IMG/VR virus record: IMGVR_UViG_3300024265_000047
Span: 4,079-68,078 of that record
Direction: 5' to 3' (one strand)
DNA from: a virus
Length of the DNA: 64,000 nucleotides
In this document: in pieces, positions 29,061 through 39,200 of the stretch
Position numbering within the stretch: position 1 is the stretch's first letter
How the letters are laid out: each line of letters begins with the position of its first letter
Program-made: the position numbers and the translations under genes
The notes under the pieces: model-generated
Told to the model about the DNA's origin: nothing
What the model saw: the letters and a program-made list of their open reading frames with translations, nothing else
Database searches by the model: none

Positions 29061-29555
29061 TTATTTTAAAAAATAATCATTATCACCACTCTTAAATCCA
29101 TACTTATAACAATCTATTCCCATTACAATTTCTTTCTTTGGATCAATATATTTATATCCAGTTCCTTTCTTTACATATGCTATTGTAGTGTGTGGATGAT
29201 ATATGGGAAAATCTGTTGAATATGGAAATTTTTCTGTTATCTGTTTGTTAAGAGTAATTAAATCCTTACTGTTTATATTAAATTTTACAACATCATATTT
29301 ATCACCTGTAAAGAATGAAATATTTTTTAAACTAATTGTGATATCATTTAATTTAGGTAACATCTGTTTTAAATCTCCATAATCAAATTCATCATCATGT
29401 AATCCATACAATACTGTCACGTGTGGTTCGTGTTCCAAACCATAATCATGCGTTTCATCATCATAAATATCTTCTCTGTCGATAAATTCATTCAAAAAAT
29501 TACTCCAAGGAGTATCATCAAAATTTATCATTAAACAACCAAATTCTCTTTTCAT
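29061..29555 (-). CDS. 2H phosphoesterase, gp57B/Acb1-like
   Basis: Two HxT motifs, EPHVTVLYG and YHPHTTIAY; 164 aa. Confidence 0.85.
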   Translation of the reverse strand: MKREFGCLMINFDDTPWSNFLNEFIDREDIYDDETHDYGLEHEPHVTVLYGLHDDEFDYGDLKQMLPKLNDITISLKNISFFTGDKYDVVKFNINSKDLITLNKQITEKFPYSTDFPIYHPHTTIAYVKKGTGYKYIDPKKEIVMGIDCYKYGFKSGDNDYFLK

Positions 29556-29576
29556 TTCATTATTATTTTAACATTA

Positions 29577-29603
29577 ATTATATTTTTTCAAGTAAAAATG
29601 TTT
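29577..29603 (-). promoter_or_regulatory. AAAC-N17-TATAAT promoter
   Basis: Minus strand reads AAAC atttttacttgaaaaaa TATAAT. Confidence 0.7.
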
Positions 29604-29696
29604 ACAAAAAAATATTTTATGGTTATTTTTCCGAAACCGAAACTTTCTCTGACCGGCACAATATAAATATTAGTTGTTTTTAGTTGGTGATAAACA

Positions 29697-30347
29697 CTAT
29701 TCCAAGTCAATAAGATATTTACAAACGAAATAAGAATCGACTATGTCATCCAGAGGCTTTACTATATCTCCTTTCTTATTAAAACATTTATCTTTGTTAT
29801 CATGACACCAGAGCCAGAATGCATTATTTTCTAAAACCTTATCATCTAATGCATTTTCTAAAAAATAATTAAACATCATTAATTTATTTGCATTTCCTTT
29901 ACCAGCATGCTTTTTAATCTGGGATGGTGAAAATACACTAACATTTCCAAACCTATTATAAAGTTTATTTCTAAGAACAGAATTGAATGCAATAAGATCT
30001 ATAAATGCATTTCCCCTTGAACCGTACGAATATCCTTCTATACCAATCTTAACTTTATAATTTAATATTATATGTGACTCTAATTCTATTACAATCGCAT
30101 ATGCCAAATCTTGTGCATTTTTTATCTTATTTAATTGATCTGTTGCATAATCATCATTCTTTTTATCTCTTAAATAGGTGACTAAATCAAAACAATCCAC
30201 ATCAACATATAAATTATAATGTAATTTTAATTTTTCGACTGGTTTTGTAGTGTTTGTAAAATTTATAAATTTATAATTGTTTGATACTTCTGTAAATAAA
30301 CAAATTCCTGGTGAGTTGATCGAGAAATCGATTCCAATATAATTCAT
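29697..30347 (-). CDS. RuvC-like Holliday junction resolvase
   Basis: IGIDFS, IEGYSYG, PSQIKKHAGKGNANK and DDIVDSY; start moved to MNYIGID. Confidence 0.85.
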   Translation of the reverse strand: MNYIGIDFSINSPGICLFTEVSNNYKFINFTNTTKPVEKLKLHYNLYVDVDCFDLVTYLRDKKNDDYATDQLNKIKNAQDLAYAIVIELESHIILNYKVKIGIEGYSYGSRGNAFIDLIAFNSVLRNKLYNRFGNVSVFSPSQIKKHAGKGNANKLMMFNYFLENALDDKVLENNAFWLWCHDNKDKCFNKKGDIVKPLDDIVDSYFVCKYLIDLE

Positions 30348-30369
30348 TTTGTAAGTATTATAAATCCAC

Positions 30370-30393
30370 AAAAGGGTACCAAAAAGATACCCT
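30370..30393 (-). terminator. Intrinsic terminator
   Basis: Minus-strand RNA AGGGUAUC-UUUUU-GGUACCCUUUU at the late/replication module boundary. Confidence 0.65.
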
Positions 30394-30413
30394 ATATATG
30401 GATTTGGTTAGTA

Positions 30414-31463
30414 TTAATCGTTTAATATGCCAGTAATTATTTCTGCTTTTTTATCTATGGATTCCATTACAGTTTCATCTAATGTATCATAAATAAATTC
30501 TTCTTCAATCAATGTTTCACATGATTCCATTAAAGATGCTTTTAATTTAACTATTTTAAATCTCAAAGATTCCTTTTGCTCTTTTAATAATAAAATAACT
30601 TCTGAATTAGTTTCATTTTCTATACTTTCTTGTAAACTTTCGTTTTTCTTTTTAGCTCTTGCTGTAGCTGCTGCTGCTCCAACTCCTACACCTGCTGCTC
30701 CAACAACTCCTGCAGTTTTAGCAGTTTTAATTGCTTGTTTACCTTTTTTAGTAAGAGTAACTTTACCACCCATTTTTTTCTTAACCATTTTAGTTTTAAG
30801 AAGTTTAGCTTTTACTTTTTTACCTGCTTTAGAATCTTTAGCGCTTTTAATTACAGATTTTGCTTTACTTGCAACTTTATCCTTTTGAGTTTTAAGTATT
30901 TTTTTAGCAGCTTTTCCCTGTTTAACAACAGCTTTAAGTACTCTTGATTTAGCACCTGCTTCAAAAAGATCTTCATCTTCTGTAAACTTTAATTGAGTTC
31001 TTAATTCTTTGATTTCTTCATCAGTAAAATCCTCAACAATTTCTTTATAATCTTCATCTTTCAATTCAGAAAGGATTTCATCCATATCTTCATCAGAAAA
31101 TTCTAACATTATTTCTTCAAGATCTTCATCTGTAAATTCTGCAAGCATTTCATTAAAATCTTCATCTGTAAATTCTGCAAGCATTTCTTCTACTTCATCA
31201 TCTTCCATTTCAGATATAAGAAGTTCTATTGATTCTTCACTTAATTCACCTTCATCAGTATAAGTTAATTTTAAACCTTCTGCTTCAAATATTTCAGAAT
31301 TTAAAAGAACATCTTCTTTTTCGTCTAATTCTAACCATTCTTTTAACAAGTCTTGACTAGAACTCTTAATATAATCATTTGCAATTATATTTTTCATTTC
31401 ATCAACGGTAAAAACCTTGTCTTCAACGCTAAAAAATTGATTAAAATTTAGTACTTTTGCCAT
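30414..31463 (-). CDS. Protein with acidic 12-aa repeats, Lys-rich tract and Gly/Ala hydrophobic segment
   Basis: About seven EFxDEDxxExLx repeats, then a K-rich region and TAGVVGAAGVGVGAAAATA. Confidence 0.75.
   Translation of the reverse strand: MAKVLNFNQFFSVEDKVFTVDEMKNIIANDYIKSSSQDLLKEWLELDEKEDVLLNSEIFEAEGLKLTYTDEGELSEESIELLISEMEDDEVEEMLAEFTDEDFNEMLAEFTDEDLEEIMLEFSDEDMDEILSELKDEDYKEIVEDFTDEEIKELRTQLKFTEDEDLFEAGAKSRVLKAVVKQGKAAKKILKTQKDKVASKAKSVIKSAKDSKAGKKVKAKLLKTKMVKKKMGGKVTLTKKGKQAIKTAKTAGVVGAAGVGVGAAAATARAKKKNESLQESIENETNSEVILLLKEQKESLRFKIVKLKASLMESCETLIEEEFIYDTLDETVMESIDKKAEIITGILND
31122..31187. repeat. Exact 30-bp direct repeat with 36-bp period
   Basis: atcttcatctgtaaattctgcaagcatttc at 31122-31151 and 31158-31187, part of a degenerate 36-bp array. 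Confidence 0.9.
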
Positions 31464-31501
31464 AATTTTTTTGTTTTTATTTATTTTATATATTTATTTA
31501 T

Positions 31502-32224
31502 TTATATCTTTTTACCAATTGATGCTCCTATTGCTGTACCAACAAGTCTACTCGTAAATAGATCATAAAGAATACCCTTTTCAACTCCCAATACCTTTGC
31601 AACTTTTTTTCCAATCCATTTTCCTAACGCAAAACCAGCTAATCCTCCGATTATGGTTCCTAAAACACCCTCTTCAATCAAATTTTCTTGAACAAGTTTT
31701 TCCAATTCTTCTTCTGATAAACTTTCCAAATCCATCAATCGTAATTTTTCACACAGTTCATCGAACTTTTTATCAAAGATCCTATTTAATTCTTCTTCAC
31801 TTTTTTTACTTTCATCAATTATAATTTTTAAATTATCTAAGTATTCAGAAAATGTTTTAAAATCATTTCCATTTGATGTTATGTATTCCTCTATTGATTC
31901 ATTAAAAGTAATTTGTACTGATTCATCATATTCACTCAAAACAGTTTCTATTTCAGTTTCTTTTTCATCATCAGTTATATCTTTTCTCTTTTTGATTTTT
32001 TCTATTTTTCTTTTAACGTTAGCTTTAAGATTTTTAAATTTATCTTTTATTTTATTAAAAAAGCCCTTTATATTTTCATCAACTATAAATTCTTCTTTTT
32101 TATTTATAATTATCATCTTAACATTATTAGAAAATTTAGAATCCTCATCTTGTTCATTTAAAAACTTTGTAAAGATTTCATCAAGTCTTGTTTCTATTTT
32201 TATATAATCACTAAAGGCTTCCAT
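31502..32224 (-). CDS. Acidic protein with C-terminal glycine-zipper domain
   Basis: ...LIEE|GVLGTIIGGLAGFALGKWIGKK...LVGTAIGASIGKKI. Confidence 0.75.
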   Translation of the reverse strand: MEAFSDYIKIETRLDEIFTKFLNEQDEDSKFSNNVKMIIINKKEEFIVDENIKGFFNKIKDKFKNLKANVKRKIEKIKKRKDITDDEKETEIETVLSEYDESVQITFNESIEEYITSNGNDFKTFSEYLDNLKIIIDESKKSEEELNRIFDKKFDELCEKLRLMDLESLSEEELEKLVQENLIEEGVLGTIIGGLAGFALGKWIGKKVAKVLGVEKGILYDLFTSRLVGTAIGASIGKKI

Positions 32225-32247
32225 TATAAAGTTTATTTTTTTATATA

Positions 32248-32802
32248 TTAATCTAAATCAACGTTTGTATATAATTCATTATAGCTGAATGTACAATCAA
32301 AGGTTGAAAATGTTAATTCATTATTTGAAAATGACATATCAATTGCTCCTATTTCTGTAAATAACATTCTTTTCATCTGTATTGTAACTATTGTTAATCC
32401 TTCCGAATCATGTATTCTTATTGCAGTTCCTTCGGGTAAATGCGTTGAACTTTCTTCGAATCCATACCAATGAGAAAATATATCTAGCATCATCCAATAA
32501 TTAATATAACCATCAAGCATTTGAATAGTTACTGTTAATTCTTTTGATAATAATTCCTGTTCTGGTTTTGCATCTCTATATGTTCTAATTCTTCCATGTT
32601 TACCTACTTGTTCAACTGGAGTAAATGCTGCACCTGGAAGATTTAAAGATTGTACGCCATAATTAATAAGATCAATTGGTTTAGTTATCAAATTACCAGG
32701 CATTTTATTTAAATATGGTGCATATCTTTCATTTACCCAATCTGGTACGAATTTAATTGGAAAGAAAAATGTAAAAGTATCGTTTCTAGCGTTTAATATC
32801 AT
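32248..32802 (-). CDS. Tail tube-fold protein (gp3/gp19-like)
   Basis: 184 aa; VQSLNLPG, LTVT and a C-terminal TFDCTFSY pattern typical of tail tube/terminator proteins. Confidence 0.6.
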   Translation of the reverse strand: MILNARNDTFTFFFPIKFVPDWVNERYAPYLNKMPGNLITKPIDLINYGVQSLNLPGAAFTPVEQVGKHGRIRTYRDAKPEQELLSKELTVTIQMLDGYINYWMMLDIFSHWYGFEESSTHLPEGTAIRIHDSEGLTIVTIQMKRMLFTEIGAIDMSFSNNELTFSTFDCTFSYNELYTNVDLD

Positions 32803-32837
32803 TTTCTATATTTAATTTATCTTCTGACATTTTGATG

Positions 32838-33680
32838 TTATTGTAATCCTATACCACCACTTGTTGATACTGATTGAAATTGTTTAATACCTATTTTATT
32901 AGAACTATCAACTATATTTTCTAATTCTTGTTCACTTAATGGAATATTATTAGACAATTCTTCTAAAACAGTATTAGGATCTATCGTATTTATAGGTGGT
33001 ATAATTATATTTTCTTGTTCAGTTTGTCCATTTTGTTCAGTTTGTCCAGTTTCAATTTGATTTTGTAATTCTGCATTTAAAGCTTTTTGTTTGTTATATA
33101 AATCAACAATATACGATAATCTTTTAACTAAAGCATCATTTTCTTCCTGTAAATTTTCAATTTCATCATTTTGTAAAGCAATAATTTCCTGCGTCTTTAA
33201 TTTATATTTTTCAAATTCTTCCTTTAGTGCATTTTCATCTGCTTCACTAAACTTATAAAATATACCACTATAAATAACTGATTCATCTGATGCATCTTCA
33301 CCTAATTCCATTCTATTTGTAATATAAAAAGTATTATTTTTAAAACCTAATATTTTTTTGGATTGAGTTTTATTCACTTTAAACATTACCTCACCTTGTG
33401 TGCTATCAACGCCTTCAGTATTTCTATAACTTTTAACTGATATTTCTTCACTTTCATCATAAAAATTAAGGTACAGTGTTCCAAGAGTTGTTAAATCCAT
33501 CGGTATGTTTTGACCATCTATTTCCCTATATATAGTAAACATATAATAATCACCAAAAGGAGAAATCCTTATTATAGCGTAACCTTGTGCAAATATCTCA
33601 TTATTCTCAGATAATTTTTGAACAACTGTCGTATATTGATCACTTTCATTTTCATTATATGTTCTTATATCTATTGCCAT
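32838..33680 (-). CDS. Putative structural protein with coiled coil
   Basis: N-terminal beta domain, then a heptad region; GQTEQN duplicated. Confidence 0.6.
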   Translation of the reverse strand: MAIDIRTYNENESDQYTTVVQKLSENNEIFAQGYAIIRISPFGDYYMFTIYREIDGQNIPMDLTTLGTLYLNFYDESEEISVKSYRNTEGVDSTQGEVMFKVNKTQSKKILGFKNNTFYITNRMELGEDASDESVIYSGIFYKFSEADENALKEEFEKYKLKTQEIIALQNDEIENLQEENDALVKRLSYIVDLYNKQKALNAELQNQIETGQTEQNGQTEQENIIIPPINTIDPNTVLEELSNNIPLSEQELENIVDSSNKIGIKQFQSVSTSGGIGLQ

Positions 33681-33682
33681 TA

Positions 33683-35128
33683 TTAATTTATTTTTTTACT
33701 TGTTACACTTACTTTAGATGAACCAACCTTTATGTTAATTCTATCTCTAAATAAATTTACATATTCTGTTTTTATAACTATTTTTTCTACAGTAGTTGTC
33801 AATGTTTTTATAATTGGATCTGGTAATGTAATAACTTCTTCTTCAACTACTTCAACTGTTTCAATTTCAGTTTCCGGTAATATATTAACATTTTCTATTT
33901 TATTATAAACTTTAGTAATTGTGGGAATCAATCCCATATTTAATTGCATCATTTTCTTTCCATACTTTTTAACATCATATGAACTTAACTGTGATGATTT
34001 TATTATTTGACTGTTATCAACCTTATTCATTAACCTTAAAACATAAGATATTGTATAACTAACAGCATTTCCACTATTCAATAATACAGGTCTAAATGTA
34101 TTTATAGTATCCCAATTATCTGTTTGTAACAATGTATAATTTCCACTTTCAATAGTATTTATTCCTACCTGTTCATTAACAGTTAATTCATGAAATACTA
34201 GATAATCATTTCCTTGATTATTTAATTCTGTTATGAAATCTTCAAATATGATTCCATTATATTCTCCGTAAAATCTGTAATAATCACCGTCTTCGGCTTC
34301 TTCTATCTTAGCAACTAAATCACCAAAAGTATCTGCTTGATTTAATGTTGCAGAATTAAGAGATTTAACTTTGTAATATGTAAATCCATTTATGATATTT
34401 GTTTCATATATTCCCTTTAATGTAATATCTATCAAAGTACTTGTTAAAAATCCCTGACCCTTTACTCTGTTTGCTGCAGATACTGGTTGTATGTTAGGAG
34501 TAGTTAATCTAGATTCTATTTTATCTGTACCAACTATTGTATTAACTGTTGTAAAATTAAAATATTTTATAGCTGGTATTTTTATTTCAATATACGTAGT
34601 ATACAACTTATCACCAACCAAGAACGGCTTTGGATTAAGAGTTTGAAAACTATCAGTTCTATAGAATACCAACGAACTTAAATTCATCTTTGTATTATCT
34701 CGTTGTGAAACCATTATTTCAAAAAGATAACCATCATAATCTTCAAATGAAAATCCTGCTCTCATATGAAATTTAACCGTATCATATGCTATAGATGTAG
34801 TTGTTGGAGAATCAAATACCTGTTCAAGATTTGCAGATTCAGTCATTTGACTATCATAATCCACATATTCAATCGGTAAATCAGTATTTAATGAGACATA
34901 TTCATCCTTATCATTATTGATAGGTGTAGCACTTCTATCTCTAATGTTTCCTAAATCAGTAATCGCATCATCTGGAGTAAACATATAATTTGTTGATGTA
35001 TATCCATTAGTAAGTATTTCTACTGGACAATCGTCAACTTCATATTCTTCCAAATTAGAAGGATCAGTATATTCGTATTCTACTAATACGTAGTCATTCA
35101 TTTGTATATATCTACTGCTACTTGCCAT
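33683..35128 (-). CDS. Putative virion structural protein
   Basis: 481-aa beta-rich acidic ORF in the late module. Confidence 0.6.
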   Translation of the reverse strand: MASSSRYIQMNDYVLVEYEYTDPSNLEEYEVDDCPVEILTNGYTSTNYMFTPDDAITDLGNIRDRSATPINNDKDEYVSLNTDLPIEYVDYDSQMTESANLEQVFDSPTTTSIAYDTVKFHMRAGFSFEDYDGYLFEIMVSQRDNTKMNLSSLVFYRTDSFQTLNPKPFLVGDKLYTTYIEIKIPAIKYFNFTTVNTIVGTDKIESRLTTPNIQPVSAANRVKGQGFLTSTLIDITLKGIYETNIINGFTYYKVKSLNSATLNQADTFGDLVAKIEEAEDGDYYRFYGEYNGIIFEDFITELNNQGNDYLVFHELTVNEQVGINTIESGNYTLLQTDNWDTINTFRPVLLNSGNAVSYTISYVLRLMNKVDNSQIIKSSQLSSYDVKKYGKKMMQLNMGLIPTITKVYNKIENVNILPETEIETVEVVEEEVITLPDPIIKTLTTTVEKIVIKTEYVNLFRDRINIKVGSSKVSVTSKKIN

Positions 35129-35136
35129 TGTTTATT

Positions 35137-36009
35137 TTATTTTCCAAACTGTAAAAATCTAGGTGTATAATTCAATCCTATTCCCAAAAAGAATGTCTTT
35201 TCTAAATTAGCATCCAATCCTATTCCTCCGTTTAAACCAACACCCCAAACTTTTCTATAGCTTCTAATTAATTTATTATCTTTTTCATCTGCTAATATAT
35301 CTGCTCCAACTATACTTGAAAACGTTATACCTGGGTATTTTGTTTCTGCCCATATTACAGGTCTACCAGTTTCTTCATCATTAGATAATCCTACTATCAA
35401 TCCCATTGATTGTTTAAGATCAAAATTTGCCAATCCAGGATAAGGAATACCAAAAAGATTGTTATAAGATATATCTATTTCAGTACTATCAAAAGTATTA
35501 AAATATTTCATCTTAAACGGTATTATCCCACTTAATTTTCTAGAATTTAATTCATCAAAAGCAGTATCTGCATTGAATGTAAATTTACCACCATTACTAT
35601 CCATTTCAACATAAACAGGAACTTCAACTATCTTTTCCCTATATTCAATCTTAGTTTCTATAATTGTTTTAGGTTTAGTATTTTTAAGTTCTTCATGTTC
35701 AGTAAATAAATCATTATAAATATCATTAAGTTCTTTTTCAGTTATTTGATAACCACTTATTACCCCCTTAAGTGAATTATTTTTAGTCACATATGTTTCA
35801 ACACTATCTTGTGATGCTAAATAATTGTTATGGGTTACTAAAGCTTTCTTTTCAGCTGCTTTAACCTCACCCTTAAAATGTTTTGTTCTATTACATTGAC
35901 TTAAAAACAAAACTAAAAACAAAGCCATTCCTAAAAACATTACCAATGTTCTATTTTTAGGATCAATTATCCATTTAAATGCTTTTCCTAAATACATTAA
36001 AATTTTCAT
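35137..36009 (-). CDS. Spanin-like membrane protein
   Basis: N-terminal hydrophobic helix ending LSQC, coiled coil, and C-terminal amphipathic strands WGVGLNGGIG...FLGIGLNY. Confidence 0.55.
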   Translation of the reverse strand: MKILMYLGKAFKWIIDPKNRTLVMFLGMALFLVLFLSQCNRTKHFKGEVKAAEKKALVTHNNYLASQDSVETYVTKNNSLKGVISGYQITEKELNDIYNDLFTEHEELKNTKPKTIIETKIEYREKIVEVPVYVEMDSNGGKFTFNADTAFDELNSRKLSGIIPFKMKYFNTFDSTEIDISYNNLFGIPYPGLANFDLKQSMGLIVGLSNDEETGRPVIWAETKYPGITFSSIVGADILADEKDNKLIRSYRKVWGVGLNGGIGLDANLEKTFFLGIGLNYTPRFLQFGK

Positions 36010-36245
36010 ATTACTAATTTTTTTAATTCTTCTATATTCACGTTTTCAGGTCCATATTTTTCAACAAGAATATTCATAAAGTACTTATCCTCTTCTCTTA
36101 AAGATTTAAGTTCTTCGACTAAATTATCCTTTCTTTTACCTAAATCTTCTATTTCTTCTTCGAGTATTACAATCTGCTCGTGAACTGTTCGATATTCATC
36201 CATGAGTCTGATTGCTTCCTTTTTTTCTTCGTTATCTATTATCAT
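36006..36245 (-). CDS. Small coiled-coil protein
   Basis: 79 aa with heptad pattern, ending VEKYGPENVNIE. Confidence 0.65.
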   Translation of the reverse strand: MIIDNEEKKEAIRLMDEYRTVHEQIVILEEEIEDLGKRKDNLVEELKSLREEDKYFMNILVEKYGPENVNIEELKKLVI

Positions 36246-36256
36246 TTTATTTTATT

Positions 36257-39200
36257 TTAACTATTATCACTTCTTGATGTTTCTAACCAATCTGTATTTA
36301 ACCATATATAAGATATTGTATCATAATTACCTAGTGTAACATCTCCAGCCATTCTTGTATTAGCACCGTTTTTAATTGTAACAGGATTAGTTGTAGTATT
36401 TGTTATAATTAGTATCTGACCATCATAATCTCCATCATCTATTGCAGTAGATGCATCAGATGTAACACCACCAGCTGCATCTACACTCATAAAGGATGAT
36501 GTAGGTGCTATGGTAAATGTTCCACTTAGTGATGCGTGTGCAACGTTATCCAATACTAAAAAATCTCTTATTGTTACATCTGCGTTTAACGATAACGTAT
36601 CTGATGTGAAACTTCCCGTTATTAATTCTTGTACATTAGAATTAGCAATAATAAGTTTATTATTTGCTACTGTTTGAAGTTCACCTGCAAAATTACCTAT
36701 AAAAACGTTAGAACTTCCAACATTATCTGAACCTGCACCTCGTCCAATATATGTGTTAGAACTTCCAGTAGTATTACTAACACCTGCACTTTGTCCTAAC
36801 ATTACATTTGATGCACCAGATGTAATTAAACCTGCATTCCAACCTATTATGGTATTATAATCTAATGTTGTGATTGCTCCTCCAGTACCTACTCCGATTA
36901 ATACATTTTCTTGTCCGGCTGTTATTGAAGCACCTGCGCTTTCACCTATTATTACATTTTCAAAACCAGTTGTAACTGAATCACCTGCACCTTTTCCGAT
37001 AATAACATTTTTATATGCTGTATTTCCACTTCCGCTTTGTGGTCCGGCATTTGCTCCTATAACAACATTACTATATGCGGTTGTAGATAAAGTTTTTCCC
37101 GCTAATCTTCCTATTGCAACATTATCATTTCCAGCTAACGCTGTATTTCCGCCTAATGCTTCATAACCAATTGCTATGTTATTATCTGCAACAGCATATC
37201 TACCAGCAAGATATCCTATAAATATATTATTATCATGGTTTCCTAATGTTCCTCCTGCATAATATCCCATCAATATATTATATTTAGCATTTGTTTGAAG
37301 ATTAAATCCAGTATATCTTCCTATACCTATATTATGATCATCTGAAGAATTATTTGAAGATTTACCCATTAAAGCTTGTGATCCTAATGCGATATTGTAT
37401 TCACCGGTTAAATATTTACCACTTTGATATCCTATCAAAGTATTATAAGTACTATCAACTATACTACGACCGCTTTGATATCCTATAAAAATATTAGCAT
37501 CTCCATCTTCCAATAAATATCCGGCTTCTTGTCCTAAAATTATACTATTATCAGCAAGTATAAGAGTAAAAGCAGCATTGAGTCCCATTATAATATTATA
37601 ACTACCTCTAAATCTTGGATCTGGATCATCTTGTGGATTTGCTTTACCGGCATTTACACCAAGTACTATATTATTTTTAACTAATGAATATCTATTTTCA
37701 AAAGTACCTTCTGTGTTTGAATATATGTTAGTATTATCTCCTATAACAACTGTTGATGTAGTTGTGTTAGATAAATATAAATTTGAACCACTATCCCAAC
37801 CACTAATATCACTTAATGAAATATTAACAATATGTGAATTATCATCTTTCCAAGTATTCCATACTGGATCTGTTTCAGCATGATTATGTAACGCATCTGC
37901 ATTACTACCATCTGTTAATGTTGTTAACTCAGGTCCTGTTGCGGTTGTATCATGTGAATTTATAAGATGTCCATCAACTGCATAATATGAAGCTAATTGA
38001 TCATTAAAATATTCTACATTTAAATTATCAACCCTTCCAGTAGATGCAACAACCAAAGGTGCTCCACTTGCTTTTGTTGAAATAAATTGACCTGTTGTAT
38101 ATATGTTATCTCCAAGTACAGATTTAATAACTCCAGTATTGACCCATATGAATTGATGTCCACCTGCTAAATTTCCAGCAGGTCCGCTTTCATATGAATT
38201 AACTGCACCAGAAAAAGAATCTAATGTTGAACCATCTGTTGCAATTGTTGTCACATAGCTAACACCCCATATATTACTATATACTGTTGAATTATAGTTA
38301 CCGTATATACCTGAATCTTTACTAGAAGTAGGTGACCCTGTTTTATAATTGGCTGAAATTGTATCATCAATAGTTGAAAACAAAAAGTGTGATGCATGAT
38401 AGTTATCTAACTTATCAGCATTTAGTTTTGAAACTCTAGCTTCACTTTGTACAATAAATGGTGGAGTAGTTCCAGTTGCATCTGAATAAAACTGTCTTGA
38501 TCTAATGTAATATCCTCCTGCATTCCAATTTTGTGTTAGTGCTACTGAACCATCATCCTTTAAATATCCCTGTATGCTATGATCGTTCCATCCAAATGCA
38601 GAATTCCAATCATCAGAATCGCCTCCAGTTGTAGTTATCACTCCAGTAACATCTAATTCAGATGCAGGTTCTGTATATCCACCCAATTTAACATAACCAC
38701 CCAATGGATTTAAATACAAATATTTAATATCAGTATCTAATCGTGCTTGTAAAAATGCTCCATTACTTTGATATGAAGATGCGCCTTCTCCAGAACCAAT
38801 CTGTAAATTAGCATTACCACCAGTAACCATTATAGCACCAGCATATTCATCTACTGTTGTAAGATAAGCCTCATTAGATAAAAAATAACTATAATCATTA
38901 TGATATACATTACCATCAAATTGTACACGGCTAGAACCTGGTGTATTAAAATATATACCATCATATGTCAATGTTATTGTTTGTATATTATCAACACTAT
39001 ATTTTAATGAATTATCAACTTTAATTTCCATATATCTATTACCTGTCAATGAGGTACCACTACCAGTCATTAATATATGACTGTATCTATCACCTGCAGG
39101 TGTAGTTGTTGTAATAACATTTTTCAATAACAATTGATTTGGAGTTGTATAATTATCGCCTGGATCAGTTCCCTTAGTCGTACCATCTGTACTACTCGTG

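Noticed and set aside
33015-33050. 18-bp tandem duplication (GQTEQN twice)
   Set aside because: Simple slippage in a low-complexity tail; no sign of function.
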